A DNA stretch of 64,000 nucleotides, from NCBI GenBank assembly GCA_963805625.1, contig CAWDVE010000010.1, positions 192,001 to 256,000 on the forward strand, in the 5' to 3' direction. This stretch comes from an uncultured Candidatus Rokubacteria bacterium (lineage in GTDB: Bacteria > Methylomirabilota > Methylomirabilia > Rokubacteriales > DASRDR01). The notes under the pieces were generated by a model, which searched no databases, was not told the DNA's origin, and was given only the letters and a program-made list of their open reading frames with translations. Of the stretch, positions 19,601 to 29,443 are shown one piece after another (the first letter of the stretch is position 1; each line of letters starts with the position of its first letter). A program made the translations under genes and the position numbers.

Positions 19601-19838
19601 GATCCTTATGACGTCCCTCATCAGCATCGTCGTGCTGATCCCGGTGGCCTTCTTCCCGCGGACCGGCATCGACGCGTACGCGCCACTGGCCACCGTCACG
19701 ATCGGCGGGCTGTCGATAGGCACGGTACTGGCTCTCTTCGTGGTGCCGGTCCTGCACACGTACGCCGATGACCTCGCGTCCGCGATGCGTCGTGTTCTGG
19801 GGCAGCGACGTGGCCGACGGGAGGTCTCGCACCGATGA
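16617..19838 (+). CDS. RND efflux permease (AcrB/CusA superfamily)
   Basis: 1073 aa with two periplasmic domains, LVDD in TM4, RLRPILMT and APLATVTIGGL. Confidence 0.92.
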   Translation: MNQTERTPAEGPSPSGRGNISRWSIEHPYVVIAFYLGVALLAVLVIFFQMPRRMMPYVESPLVGVVSMMPGLSAEEMELYFSKPIEERMVDLKNVHFVRSTSQEGFSIVTVEFWYGTDMKKALFDIQALMNVVQADLPMTGANLKPSWVLAIDPLNIPVLTLAVTAERYDPVQLRTLVENEVVNRLKVVKDVYSVVTFGGQKLQMQVVVDRERLAAYKMSLLDLKSMLDMQNVSKPAGTLTYRDREILVRSDFRARTPEEVAAYPIASMEGRTVYLRDVADVIRTPREQRSLYRFNGQEAIEVSVIQQPEASSVRVIEGVKAKLKEIEEDFPGLRFEIAYDNSTFVGSLMTNMGEELVIAVLLTGLVVLFFLGSIRGTLISLITIPVSLGMALLAMSPFGMTLNSSTLIGLLLSIGRLVDDSIIDIHSIERHLRMGKSPKQAAIDGITEVRLAVLAITFMLCVALVPLAFAGGIVQFMFEGIVWAIILALLASALVSFTLTALLAAHLFTPHTTEAGARQGRFQRWLLDPSQRFLERLEAHYRNSLVWSIRNRFVVLSGAISVILVGVALYPGIGSEMMPLADVSQAFVQLEATPGTSFARTAEIAAEVERILQRQPEVTKISSEVGFEPGGTYFTGYSMGSVNSVFMMLTLVDSSKRTRDIWQVMDGVRDEAMRTIPGIRRLTVKEMGADVMASSAAPVQVIFFGPDLEKLHEIGEQARQLAAEIPGFSQVATSWAQTLPQLHVIVDRVRAQELGLTVADITDQAYYALRGGLANEFYRLDNQRQFTILLRYRGEQRRDRTDLEQVKIVGKRGEVVPLASVARIEEREGPTLIERDNFRRVISVLGFYRKGGPPSMELAMDLLMAAHQKISFPPGYGVELRGDMTQMEESFQRLLRGLYLAVIFMVLLLVAQFRSLIEPFNMIVSLSLMLTGILGGLLLARQTFSTVSILAVVILTGMMMTVAVLMIDLVLRLRGDGMARDEAILTAAPIRLRPILMTSLISIVVLIPVAFFPRTGIDAYAPLATVTIGGLSIGTVLALFVVPVLHTYADDLASAMRRVLGQRRGRREVSHR

Positions 19839-20101
19839 CGCCCCGGAGTCGCTACCTGATCCCGGCAGACGCGGTGATCCACGCCGAGCCGGCCGGTGTC
19901 GCTCAGTTCATGAGGCGGACGCCAGCGAGGTCGGGCCCGAGCCTCGAGGAGCTCGATTGGCTCTCGGCAACGCTGCGGGAGTTGAGCACCACATTGAGGG
20001 AGCCCCGCCGCCGTCACGACGAGGCCGCCTGGGGGAATCTCACGGCGGGGCAGCGACAAACAGAGACCCCTGGGGAGAAACGCGATGGAGGGTGCTCATG
20101 A
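19835..20101 (+). CDS. hypothetical 88-aa protein
   Basis: ATGA overlaps with both the RND stop and the MFP start. Confidence 0.45.
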   Translation: MTPRSRYLIPADAVIHAEPAGVAQFMRRTPARSGPSLEELDWLSATLRELSTTLREPRRRHDEAAWGNLTAGQRQTETPGEKRDGGCS

Positions 20102-21741
20102 CTATCAACGGCAGTGAACAAGCACCGATCGCGCCCGCGCGCCCGCCTGAGCCCGCCGATGACCGAGCGGTGCGCCGGGAGGGCGCGCGGGCGCGGACGT
20201 GGGGACTCCGTATGGGGGCACTCGTGGCGGTAGGGGCTGCGGCCGGATGGGCGTACTACGCGAATGTCGTGGCCGGTCGGCCGACGATGGACATGACGAT
20301 GCGGGTGAGTGCGGGGGGTGCGGCATTTCCCGTTACGCTCGCGCGCGTCGAGCGGCGCCGGATGACCGGAACCGTGATCTACACCGGTAGCGTGGTGCCG
20401 TTCGCCGAGGAGGACATCTACCCGCGGGTGACCGGACGGATCGTCGAGATGCCGGTCTACCCAGGAGACGCCGTGCGGCCGGGCCAGGTCGTGGCGCGGC
20501 TCGACGACGCGGAGCTCAGCTCTCGGGTCCGCGAGGCAACCGCCGCCACGACGGCCGCGGAGGCCAACGTCGCACAGATGGAGGCCGACGTCGTCGCGGC
20601 GAGCCACGGCGTGACGCAGATGGAGCGCGAGGTGGCCATGACGGTCGCCGACGTGGCCGCGGCCCGCGAAGGCGTGGTTCAGATGGAGCGGGAGCTCGCC
20701 ATGGTAGAGGCGGAGGCCAGCTACCAGGAGCCGTTGCTCGCGCGGGAGGAGCAGCTATTCCGGGTCGGCGCCGTCTCGCGGCAGGACGTCGAGAACGCCC
20801 GTGCGATGGCCGCCGCGACGCAGGCGAAGGGGCAGGCCGCCCGCGCCAAGGTGAACCAGGCCCGGGCCATGGTTCTCTCGGCCCAGGCGAAGGCCGAGGC
20901 CGCTCGGGCGCGACTCGAGCAGGCAGGCGCGATGGAGGCCAGCGCTCGCCGGAAGCGCGATGCGATGGCCGCGATGGCAGGGCAGAGCCAGGCCCAGCTC
21001 GGGACCGCGCAGGTGGTCAGGGACTACGTCAACATCCTGGCGCCCAGCGCTGGCTACGTCGTGAAGCGACTAGTCGCGCCGGGAGTCCTGGTGCAGCCCG
21101 GCATGGCGATCCTCAAGATCGCGCAGATCGACCGGATCCGACTCCAGGCGAACGTCGGCGAGAAGGATCTGCCGTCGATCCGGGTGGGATCACCGGTCAC
21201 CGTGACCACGACGGGTCCCGAGCCGGTGCCGATCACCGCTTCGGTGACCTCGGTCTTCCCCTTTGTCGACCAGGGTCCGCGGACCGCCGTCGTGGAAGCG
21301 ATCGTCGAGAACCCGGGGCGGCGGCTCCTGCCCGGGCAGTACGTGACGATGCAGTTCGTGACCGGCGAGCGAGTCGACGCGCTCACCGTCCCCCGGACGG
21401 CCGTGGCGCGTATGGGCGGGAAGACTCGCGTGTGGGCGATCGAGGGCGACCAGGCGCAGCCGCGCGAGGTAACGACGGGGCTCGAGAACCCCGATCTCGT
21501 GGAGGTGGTGAGGGGCCTCGTCGGAACCGACCGGGTGGTCGCGCGAGGCCACGAGGGGCTCTATGCCGGTGCGCGGGTGACCGACGTGTCGGGCGTCAAG
21601 AAGACAGTGCCTACGGCGCCGGCCGCACCGGGCGGCATGCCGGGCATGAGCGAGTCGGCCGCGCCCAAGCCCAGTGGTGGCGCGCCGGCGAAACCCGAGG
21701 AGCCCGCCAAGGGCGAGGGAGGCGCGCATGGCACCCACTGA
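20098..21741 (+). CDS. RND periplasmic adaptor (membrane fusion protein) with a long coiled coil
   Basis: GGAGG RBS then ATG 20098. TM, PRVTGRI..V.PGD.V..GQ lipoyl half-motif, APSAGYV and LLPGQY. Confidence 0.9.
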   Translation: MTINGSEQAPIAPARPPEPADDRAVRREGARARTWGLRMGALVAVGAAAGWAYYANVVAGRPTMDMTMRVSAGGAAFPVTLARVERRRMTGTVIYTGSVVPFAEEDIYPRVTGRIVEMPVYPGDAVRPGQVVARLDDAELSSRVREATAATTAAEANVAQMEADVVAASHGVTQMEREVAMTVADVAAAREGVVQMERELAMVEAEASYQEPLLAREEQLFRVGAVSRQDVENARAMAAATQAKGQAARAKVNQARAMVLSAQAKAEAARARLEQAGAMEASARRKRDAMAAMAGQSQAQLGTAQVVRDYVNILAPSAGYVVKRLVAPGVLVQPGMAILKIAQIDRIRLQANVGEKDLPSIRVGSPVTVTTTGPEPVPITASVTSVFPFVDQGPRTAVVEAIVENPGRRLLPGQYVTMQFVTGERVDALTVPRTAVARMGGKTRVWAIEGDQAQPREVTTGLENPDLVEVVRGLVGTDRVVARGHEGLYAGARVTDVSGVKKTVPTAPAAPGGMPGMSESAAPKPSGGAPAKPEEPAKGEGGAHGTH

Positions 21742-23095
21742 GACGGAACGGGTCCGACGATCGGTGTGGGTGGGGGTCCTGGTCGGAGGCGGCTTCCTGC
21801 TGGCGGCGGGGAATGTCATGGCCCAGCCGCCGCCGCTCCCGCGTGTCGAGGGGCCGTTGACCATGGAGCAGGCGGTGAACCTAGCGCTCCAGCAGAACCT
21901 TCGGGTGAAGGCGGCGGATGCCGACGCTCGGACGATGGATTCGATGCAGCGGGAGGCCCTGGCGCCGTTCTGGCCTCTGCTGTCGATCAATGGCTATCTG
22001 AGCGACCAGAACCTGGGACCGAACGTCTACACGTCCGCCGGCACCACGATGGCCCGGAACTTCCAGGTGTTCAGCGCCGACCAGAGCCGCGACGCCAACG
22101 TGACGGCGATGTACGCCCTCTTCTCGGGCGGGCGGGACTACTATGGCTACAAGGCGGCCGCGGCACGGGTGGATGCGGGTCGCCAGATGCTCCAAGGCAC
22201 CCGAGTGGACGCCGCCATGCAGGTACGGCTGGACTACATCGCGACCCTGCGGGAGACGGAGAATACCCGAGTCACCGGAGAGTTGCGGCGGGACGTGGAG
22301 GAGCGGCTCCGGCTCAGTCGGGAGCTCTTCGACGCGGGGCGGATCCCACGCTACTACGTGTTGCGCGATGAGGCCGAGCTCGCCAATGTCGCACAGATGG
22401 ACGCGATGGCGCGAAGCCGTGCCGAGGCCGCGCTCGTGGCGCTCAAGACCACTCTCGGGGTGGACCTCGCGTCCTCGATCACGCTCGCGGACCGGCTCGA
22501 GTACACGCCGGCCACCGTCTCGGTCGAGGACGGGATCCGCCAGGCCAGCGAGATCCACCCCGAGCTGAAGGCCGCCGTCAAGCGGCGGGAGGCGACCGAA
22601 GCGGACGTGCGCGCCGCCCACGGGAACTACTTCCCCCAGGTGTCGCTGGTGGCCATGTACGACTGGGCGTGGGCAAAGAACGGCAGCGAGGCGCACACAA
22701 CCGACCAGGGGTACTCCGTCGGCGTCGTGGTGACCCTGCCGGTGTTCGACGGCTTCATGCGCGAGAACGCGCTGAAGACGGCCAAGTCGAAGCTCGACCG
22801 GGCGGTCCAGGCGGAGACCATCGCCCGGCAGCAGATCGAGAAGGACGTCAACCAGGTGGCGCTCATGCTGACGGCCGCCGACAAGAGCGTCGAGGCCAGC
22901 CGGAAGGGGCTCGAGCAGGCGGAGGAGGAGTACCGGATCGTCCGGGAGCGCTTCGCGGCGGGCCGGGGGATCCAGCTGGAGATCCTGGACGCGCAGGTCA
23001 GTTTGACCCGCGCGCGGTTCAATGCGATCTCGGCGCTCGCCGAATACCATACGGCTCTCTCCATGTGGCTCAAGGCGACGGCGCGGATTCGGTGA
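21728..23095 (+). CDS. TolC-family outer membrane efflux protein
   Basis: Signal-like N-terminus, A...AL..N, HPELKAA, YFPQVSL, LPVFDG and RFAAG...LEILDAQ. Confidence 0.9.
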   Translation: MAPTETERVRRSVWVGVLVGGGFLLAAGNVMAQPPPLPRVEGPLTMEQAVNLALQQNLRVKAADADARTMDSMQREALAPFWPLLSINGYLSDQNLGPNVYTSAGTTMARNFQVFSADQSRDANVTAMYALFSGGRDYYGYKAAAARVDAGRQMLQGTRVDAAMQVRLDYIATLRETENTRVTGELRRDVEERLRLSRELFDAGRIPRYYVLRDEAELANVAQMDAMARSRAEAALVALKTTLGVDLASSITLADRLEYTPATVSVEDGIRQASEIHPELKAAVKRREATEADVRAAHGNYFPQVSLVAMYDWAWAKNGSEAHTTDQGYSVGVVVTLPVFDGFMRENALKTAKSKLDRAVQAETIARQQIEKDVNQVALMLTAADKSVEASRKGLEQAEEEYRIVRERFAAGRGIQLEILDAQVSLTRARFNAISALAEYHTALSMWLKATARIR

Positions 23096-23147
23096 CCGGG
23101 ACGGCTGACGACCGACGAGGCTCCCCGGAGCTCTTCTCGCGACGCGA

Positions 23148-23405
23148 ATGTCCCCGCTCGGTCTGAAAGGCACGACGTGGTCGTGGGAGTTCTTCGGAAC
23201 GATGACCTTCGTGGCGTGTGTCGTATATTCTGGTGGTCCCGCGGGCTTCCCCCCGAGCCAGCTTCTCGAGCAGATCCTCCCCGGCTTTCGCTGGTTGACT
23301 CCGGGGAGCATCCTGCTCGGCGTCGCGGAGACCTTCGTATATGGGGCCTACGCGGGATTCGTGTTCACGCTGATTCACAACACCGTGCTCCGCCGCAGCC
23401 AATGA
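23148..23405 (+). CDS. small membrane protein (DUF5676-like), copy 2, slightly degraded
   Basis: Highly similar to 14709..14969 at DNA and protein level. No clear RBS. Confidence 0.6.
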   Translation: MSPLGLKGTTWSWEFFGTMTFVACVVYSGGPAGFPPSQLLEQILPGFRWLTPGSILLGVAETFVYGAYAGFVFTLIHNTVLRRSQ

Positions 23406-23800
23406 CGGGTCGACGGAAGGTCTTCGTCGCCGCCGGGCTCGGGGCGCTGGTCGCGGGTCTGGGGGTCTGGGCGGCATACCGCGAAGGACCGGCGTCGACG
23501 GTGCGGGTGCCCGAGCTCTCACCCGCCGGCCAGGCAGGACGGGCGGCGTTTCAGCGAAGCTGCGCGTCCTGCCATGGCGACGTGGCCCAAGGCACGACGA
23601 CCGGTCCACCCCTCGTCCACGCGATCTATCGCCCGGGACATCACGCGGACGTGGCCTTCGAGCTGGCCGTGCGCCGAGGGGTGCGGGCGCACCACTGGCT
23701 CTTCGGGGACATGCCGCCACAGCCGACGATCACACCGGACGCGATCCCCATGATCACGCGCTACGTCCGGGAACTCCAACAGGCCAACGGGATCGATTAA
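23402..23800 (+). CDS. monoheme c-type cytochrome
   Basis: TM, CASCHG, GPPLVH.IY.PGHHAD and HHW.FGDMP. ATGA overlap with the upstream gene. Confidence 0.88.
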   Translation: MTGRRKVFVAAGLGALVAGLGVWAAYREGPASTVRVPELSPAGQAGRAAFQRSCASCHGDVAQGTTTGPPLVHAIYRPGHHADVAFELAVRRGVRAHHWLFGDMPPQPTITPDAIPMITRYVRELQQANGID

Positions 23801-23824
23801 CGCCGATTCGATGAGGTCAGGGCC

Positions 23825-24418
23825 ATGCGATTGACCATCGGGGTGATGGGCTCGAGCGGCGGAGACTTGAGCGAGGCGACCCTCGCCAAGGCGCATCGCC
23901 TGGGGGAGGCGATCGCGGCGCGCGACGCGGTCCTCATCACGGGAGGCTGCCCCGGGCTCCCGTACGAGGCCGTTCGGGGGGCGAAGGCCAGGGGCGGTCT
24001 GGTGGTCGGGATCTCCCCCGGCCTCTCCCTCGACGAGCACCGGCGGAAGTACCACTCGCCGGTCGACGGTTTCGACGTGCTCATCTACACGGGCAGCGGG
24101 CTCATGGGCCCGGAGATCACGAACATCCGCTCGTGCGACATGGTTGTGATCGCGGGGGGCCGGACTGGCACGCTGGGGGAACTCGCGATCGCCTACGACG
24201 AGGGCCGGCTGATCGGCGTGCTGACGGGGACGGGCGGCATCACGGAGCTGGTGGAACCCATCATCAAGGCCAGTGGAAAAGAGACCGGGGCGTGCGTGCT
24301 CTACGACGACGATCCAGAGCGGCTCGTCGATCGGCTGATCCACTACTACCGCACTAAGCACGTCCGGAAGCCCTCGTGCTTCTGCGACGTGCGGCCAGAC
24401 GGGGCGGTGGCACCATGA
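23825..24418 (+). CDS. LOG/TIGR00725-like Rossmann-fold nucleotide-binding protein
   Basis: IGVMGS, ITGGCPG and [10 protein letters not shown]-terminal CFC. Confidence 0.8.
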   Translation: MRLTIGVMGSSGGDLSEATLAKAHRLGEAIAARDAVLITGGCPGLPYEAVRGAKARGGLVVGISPGLSLDEHRRKYHSPVDGFDVLIYTGSGLMGPEITNIRSCDMVVIAGGRTGTLGELAIAYDEGRLIGVLTGTGGITELVEPIIKASGKETGACVLYDDDPERLVDRLIHYYRTKHVRKPSCFCDVRPDGAVAP

Positions 24419-26943
24419 CGGCGATCGGCCATGTCGGGCATGCCCCCTCGGCCACCACGGGGGTGGGCGGTGCCTCTGCCCCTGTCCAGCGCATCGAACT
24501 CCCCGTCGTCGGCCTGACCTGCGCGGCCTGCGTTCAGGCTGTCGAGCACGCGCTCCGGGCGGTGCCGGGCGTCTCCGGTGCGACGGTCAATCTGACCCAA
24601 GGGCGAGCCTTCGTCGAGTACGACCCCGCGCAGACCACCGTGGCCGCCCTGCATGACGCGATCAAGGCGGCGGGCTACCGGTCAGAGACGGCGACGGCCC
24701 GGTTCCGGATCGACGGGATCACCTGCGCCTCCTGCGTCACGAAGATCGAGACCACGCTCCACGAGAGTCCGGGGGTGCTCGCGGCCACCGTGAGCGTGGG
24801 CAGCGAGGAGGCCACGGTCAAGTACGTGCCGAGCGTGACCGACTTGTCCGCCGTCACGGCCGCGGTGGGGTCGGCCGGCTATCGGGTCGTCGAGACTCCG
24901 GCCCCGGCGGCCCCCAGCGCCCTCGATCGGGAGGCGGAGGCCCGGGCGCGCGAGTACCGGACGTTGATGCGCCAGTGGTGGTTCGGCGCGGGCGTCGGCA
25001 CGTTCACCATGATCCTCAGCTACCCGTGGCTCTTCCCGGTCCTCCGCGACTGGTTCCCGCGGGAGAGCCATCAGCTCTGGTACATGTGGGCGCTGATGGG
25101 GGCCGCCTCCCTGGCGGTCATCCTCGTCAGTGGCCGCCACTTCTTCACCGGAGCCTGGCAGGCGCTCCGGCACCGGTCGGCGAACATGCACACGCTGATC
25201 GCTCTGGGGACGGGGGTGGCCTGGGTCTACTCGACGATCGCCCTCCTGTTCCCGCAAATCTTCCCGGCCCGCGAGTTCGCCGACGTGTACTACGACGTGA
25301 CCGTCGTGGTGATCGCCCTGGTGGATCTCGGGCTGGCCATGGAGCTCCGCGCGAAAGGCCGCACCTCGGAGGCGATCAAGAAGCTGATCGGGCTCCAGGC
25401 CAAGATCGCGCGCGTCATCCGGGACGGCACGGAGCGGGACCTGCCCGTGGAGGAGGTGCTGGTGGGCGATGTCGTCGTCGTCCGGCCCGGGGAGAAGATC
25501 CCCGTCGACGGCGAGATCGTCGAGGGCGCCTCGGCTGTGGACGAGTCGATGGTCACCGGGGAGTCGATGCCGGTCGAGAAGCGGGCCGGGGACGAGGTCA
25601 TCGGGGGGACCCTCAACAAGACCGGGGCCTTCCGCTTTCGCGCGACCAAGGTGGGCAAGGACACCGCCCTGGCCAGCATCATCCGCCTGGTCCAGGACGC
25701 GCAGGGCTCCAAGGTCCCGATCCAGCGCATCGTGGACGTGGTGTCCGGGTACTTCACGCCGAGCGTCGCGATCCTCGCCATCGTCGGCTTCATGCTCTGG
25801 TACACGTTCGGGCCGGAGCCGCGGCTCGTCTACGCCATGATCGTGGCGGTCACGACCCTGATCATCGCCTGCCCGTGTGCCCTCGGGATGGCGACGCCGA
25901 TGTCGCTGACGACTGGCGTCGGGCTGGGCGCCCTCAACGGGATCCTGATCCGGAGCGGCGATGCGCTCCAGACCGCGCAGGGGATCGGGACCGTCATCCT
26001 GGACAAGACGGGCACCATCACGCACGGGAAGCCCGTTCTCACCGACATCGTGACGGCCGACGGCGTCGACGAGGCCACCCTGTTGCGGCTGGCCGGCGGC
26101 GTCGAGCGATCGTCGGAGCACCCGCTGGCGGCCGCGATCGTGGAGGGCGCCGAGCGACGGGGATTGACCTTGCCCGATCCCACGACCTTTGCGGCGATCC
26201 CCGGTCACGGGATCGAGGCGACGGTGGAGGACCGCGCCCTCCTGCTGGGGAACCTCAAGCTCATGCGTGACCGCGCCATTCCGCTCGACGGCCTCGACGA
26301 GCGCGCCAGCCAGCTCGCCGGCGAGGGGAAGACCGCGATGTACGTGGCGATCGACGGCCGGCTGGCCGGGATCGTCGCGGTGGCCGACACGGTCAAGGAG
26401 GACTCGCGGGCGGCGATCCAGGCGCTCACGGCGATGGGCCTGGAGGTCGTCATGATGACGGGCGACAACGAGCGGACGGGCCAGGCCATCGCCCGTCAGG
26501 TCGGGATCGACCGGGTCCTGGCCGAGGTTCTGCCGCAGGACAAGGCCTTCAACGTCCAAAAGCTCCAGCTCGAGGGGAAGACCGTCGCCATGGTCGGGGA
26601 TGGGATCAACGACGCCCCCGCGCTCGCCCAGGCGCATGTGGGCTTCGCGATCGGGACGGGCACGGACGTGGCCATCGCGGCCTCCGACATCACCCTCATC
26701 AAGGGCAGCCTCCGCGGCGTGGTGACGGCGATCCAGATCAGCCGCGCCACCATGCGGAACGTCTACCAAAACCTCGTCGGGGCGTTCGTCTACAACGTTC
26801 TCGGGCTCCCCGTCGCCTTGGGCCTGCTCTATCCGTTCTTCGGGATCCTGCTCTCGCCACTCCTCGCCGCGCTCGCCATGTCCTTCAGTTCGGTGACCGT
26901 GATCACCAATGCCAACCGGCTCAAGCGTTGGAGCCCGACATGA
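24415..26943 (+). CDS. copA: copper(I)-translocating P1B-type ATPase
   Basis: Two CxxC metal-binding domains (CAAC, CASC), [24 protein letters not shown], and YN plus MSFSS TM ligands. Confidence 0.95.
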   Translation: MTAIGHVGHAPSATTGVGGASAPVQRIELPVVGLTCAACVQAVEHALRAVPGVSGATVNLTQGRAFVEYDPAQTTVAALHDAIKAAGYRSETATARFRIDGITCASCVTKIETTLHESPGVLAATVSVGSEEATVKYVPSVTDLSAVTAAVGSAGYRVVETPAPAAPSALDREAEARAREYRTLMRQWWFGAGVGTFTMILSYPWLFPVLRDWFPRESHQLWYMWALMGAASLAVILVSGRHFFTGAWQALRHRSANMHTLIALGTGVAWVYSTIALLFPQIFPAREFADVYYDVTVVVIALVDLGLAMELRAKGRTSEAIKKLIGLQAKIARVIRDGTERDLPVEEVLVGDVVVVRPGEKIPVDGEIVEGASAVDESMVTGESMPVEKRAGDEVIGGTLNKTGAFRFRATKVGKDTALASIIRLVQDAQGSKVPIQRIVDVVSGYFTPSVAILAIVGFMLWYTFGPEPRLVYAMIVAVTTLIIACPCALGMATPMSLTTGVGLGALNGILIRSGDALQTAQGIGTVILDKTGTITHGKPVLTDIVTADGVDEATLLRLAGGVERSSEHPLAAAIVEGAERRGLTLPDPTTFAAIPGHGIEATVEDRALLLGNLKLMRDRAIPLDGLDERASQLAGEGKTAMYVAIDGRLAGIVAVADTVKEDSRAAIQALTAMGLEVVMMTGDNERTGQAIARQVGIDRVLAEVLPQDKAFNVQKLQLEGKTVAMVGDGINDAPALAQAHVGFAIGTGTDVAIAASDITLIKGSLRGVVTAIQISRATMRNVYQNLVGAFVYNVLGLPVALGLLYPFFGILLSPLLAALAMSFSSVTVITNANRLKRWSPT

Positions 26944-27317
26944 CCTGGGACCGCGTCCTGGTCAACCTGATTGGACTCGGACTGGTCGGTGGGATCGTGT
27001 GGTTCTTCTGGCTGGTCAAGACGAAGGGGGTCCGGGCCGCGACGAGCCACAGCGGCTACCAGGAGCAGATGGTCCTGGTCAAGGGCGGGTACACACCGGA
27101 TCTCATCGTGGTGGAGGCGGGGAAACCCGTCCGGCTCACATTCGTCCGGCAAGAATCGGCCTCGTGCACGGAGATGGTGCTGCTCCCGAGCTTCGGCAAG
27201 TCGGCGCGCCTTCCGGAGGGGGAGCCCGTCCCGGTGGAGTTCCTCCCGAAGGAGCCTGGGGAGCATGAGTTCGCCTGCCAGATGGGCATGATCCGCGGCA
27301 AGGTCCTCGTGGAATAG
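26940..27317 (+). CDS. membrane-anchored cupredoxin-domain protein (CupA-like)
   Basis: TM, V.GGY.P, a Cys and [14 protein letters not shown] overlap with copA. Confidence 0.88.
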   Translation: MTWDRVLVNLIGLGLVGGIVWFFWLVKTKGVRAATSHSGYQEQMVLVKGGYTPDLIVVEAGKPVRLTFVRQESASCTEMVLLPSFGKSARLPEGEPVPVEFLPKEPGEHEFACQMGMIRGKVLVE

Positions 27318-27327
27318 GAGGGACGAC

Positions 27328-27543
27328 GTGGTCGGCCGCTGGCGGTCCGGCCCAAGGCGAGAGTCCACACTCGAGCTCGGGATCGGAATCGGCGTGTGCG
27401 TGGTGCCGTCGGTCTTTGCCCTGGTTGCCTGGTGGGTCGGATGGCGCGCGGGCATCACGGTGGCTCTGGCCGTCGCGGCGGCGATCGCCCTCGTGTGCTG
27501 GATCCTCTGCCGAGGGGGAAGCGACGGTAGGGACGCAGCCTGA
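27328..27543 (+). CDS. small two-TM hypothetical protein
   Basis: GGAGG RBS then GTG. Two hydrophobic segments, in operon context. Confidence 0.5.
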   Translation: MVGRWRSGPRRESTLELGIGIGVCVVPSVFALVAWWVGWRAGITVALAVAAAIALVCWILCRGGSDGRDAA

Positions 27544-27556
27544 GGAGGGTCAGACA

Positions 27557-27859
27557 ATGACGGCGGACGAGATGCGACGCGATCGGTCCTGGCTGTGGTC
27601 CCGCTCCGGGCTGGTGCTCGTGGCATTCCTGCTCATCGCGGGGTTCTTCGTCCTGACCGAGCACACGGCGCACGTCCTCGGGGTGCTGCCCTACCTGCTC
27701 CTCCTGGCCTGTCCGCTGCTGCACCTCTTCCACCGCGGGCACGGCGGAGGGCACGGGAGCCACCGCGGGCCGGGGCCGCACGACGGACACGCGGATCAGG
27801 GCGCGGGTGACGGCGAGAGGGCGGTCAGCCGCTCACCCCGCGACGGAGCAGACCGATGA
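27557..27859 (+). CDS. DUF2933-type His-rich membrane protein
   Basis: EHTAH, LLLLACPLLHLFH and a GH-rich tail. AGGAGG RBS. Confidence 0.85.
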   Translation: MTADEMRRDRSWLWSRSGLVLVAFLLIAGFFVLTEHTAHVLGVLPYLLLLACPLLHLFHRGHGGGHGSHRGPGPHDGHADQGAGDGERAVSRSPRDGADR

Positions 27860-28509
27860 CGGGCGCAGGCCCGGCGTATGGGCTCTGGGATCTGGTCATT
27901 CTGAACGTCGTCGTGTTCGTGGCCTTTGCGTTCAGCTTCGCGCGTCCGACCACCGCACGCGACTGGCGGTCATTCGGGGCGTTCACGGCCTTTCTGATCG
28001 CCCTCTTCACGGAGATGTACGGCTTTCCGCTCACGCTCTATCTCCTGTCGGGTTGGCTCCAGCGGCGGTACCCCGGCCTCGACGTCCTCTCTCATGACAC
28101 GGGCCACCTCTGGGAGACGCTGTTCGGCTGGCGGGGTGATCCGCATCTGAACCCACTGCACCTCCTCAGCAACGCGCTAATCGCCGGGGGGTTCATTCTG
28201 CTGGCGGCGGCCTGGCGCGTGCTCTATGCGGCCCAGCGGCGGCATCAGCTGGCGACCACGGGCGCCTACGCCTACCTGCGGCATCCCCAGTACGCGGGGT
28301 TCATCCTCATCATGCTCGGCTTCCTGCTCCAGTGGCCAACCGTCCTGACCCTGGCCATGTTCCCGATCCTCGTGGCGATGTACGTGCGCCTGGCCCATCG
28401 CGAAGAGCGCGAGGCCCGGGCCGAGTTCGGCGAGGCCTACGCGCGCTACGCCGCCACCACGCCGGCGTTCATCCCCCGGCTCCGTCGAGAGACCCCGAGG
28501 CCAGCCTGA
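27856..28509 (+). CDS. isoprenylcysteine carboxyl methyltransferase-family membrane protein (copper-cluster associated)
   Basis: EMYGFPLT, TTGAYAYLRHPQY, EE...FG..Y..Y and PAFIP. Confidence 0.88.
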   Translation: MTGAGPAYGLWDLVILNVVVFVAFAFSFARPTTARDWRSFGAFTAFLIALFTEMYGFPLTLYLLSGWLQRRYPGLDVLSHDTGHLWETLFGWRGDPHLNPLHLLSNALIAGGFILLAAAWRVLYAAQRRHQLATTGAYAYLRHPQYAGFILIMLGFLLQWPTVLTLAMFPILVAMYVRLAHREEREARAEFGEAYARYAATTPAFIPRLRRETPRPA

Positions 28510-28627
28510 CCCCGATCCCTCTGTTCGCGCGGAGGCGGGGGCCAAACGAAGCTGGCCACGATCAGATCGACGGCTCTGATTGGCCTCTACGCGAGCTCGA
28601 GCGACTCCGGATCCGCGATCTTCGTGG

Positions 28628-29443
28628 CTATTGTCCCGCTTGTTGGAGTCCTTCCTTGGCATCCGGATAGTCGGGCCGCAACTGGAGGGCGTGCTGGAAG
28701 CTTTCGCGGGCCCGGGCCCGATCGCCGAGGCGGAGCAAGCTCCACCCCATGCCATTGTAGAGCCCGTACCACTCGCGGTGGACGGCGATGGCGCTGGCGA
28801 ATTCCGCACGCGCTTTTTCGTACTCTCCAAGGTAGAAGAGCGACCAAGCGTAGCGGTTCCGGACTTCCTCCAGGTCTGGCGCGGGATTCCGAAACATGGT
28901 CGCCCGTCCCTCCTGGATCAATTGCTCTAGCCGTGGCCGTGCTTCTCGATACCGCCCCAGCTCGAATAGCGAGAAGGCGGATCCGACCGCCGCGTCTCGG
29001 TAGGTGGGAACGAGGTCCAGTGCCTGCTGGAACGCCTGCAAGGCGATGTGGTATCGGCCTTCGCGATAGCGGGTCCATCCCAGCCCGTCAAACAGGCCCT
29101 CCCATCGGGGCTGCCGGGTGATGACCTGGCGGAAATGCAGCGCGGCTTCCGGATACTTCGCGAGGTAATAGTTGCTCCACGCCAGGTACGTCTCGGCCTC
29201 GTCGAAGGTCGGGAGCAATGTCACCGCGCGTTGGAAGCTTGGACGCGCGCCGGCGTAGTCTCGGGCGTTGTACCGGTGCAATCCTTCATCGAACGCGACT
29301 TGGGCCTGATACTGCTGCTGGAACTGCGCGGATAGAGACGCGCAACCGGCAAGCAGCAGGCCCACCGCGAGGCTGGCGGGCGTGAGCAGACGCCTCCGCC
29401 AGCCTCCGGCTGTCGCCGTCATCTCGTACCGCGTGCCCTTCAC
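28628..29443 (-). CDS. TPR-repeat lipoprotein
   Basis: Lipobox LLAGC and about six TPR-like repeats (LAW/LGW..Y...Y..A...F). Confidence 0.85.
   Translation of the reverse strand: MKGTRYEMTATAGGWRRRLLTPASLAVGLLLAGCASLSAQFQQQYQAQVAFDEGLHRYNARDYAGARPSFQRAVTLLPTFDEAETYLAWSNYYLAKYPEAALHFRQVITRQPRWEGLFDGLGWTRYREGRYHIALQAFQQALDLVPTYRDAAVGSAFSLFELGRYREARPRLEQLIQEGRATMFRNPAPDLEEVRNRYAWSLFYLGEYEKARAEFASAIAVHREWYGLYNGMGWSLLRLGDRARARESFQHALQLRPDYPDAKEGLQQAGQ

Noticed and set aside
24682-26769. Long antisense ORFs (also 53381..55810, 31526..33580, 8900..10537, 60297..62234)
   Set aside because: These are typical high-GC shadow frames opposite well-supported genes and carry no motifs.
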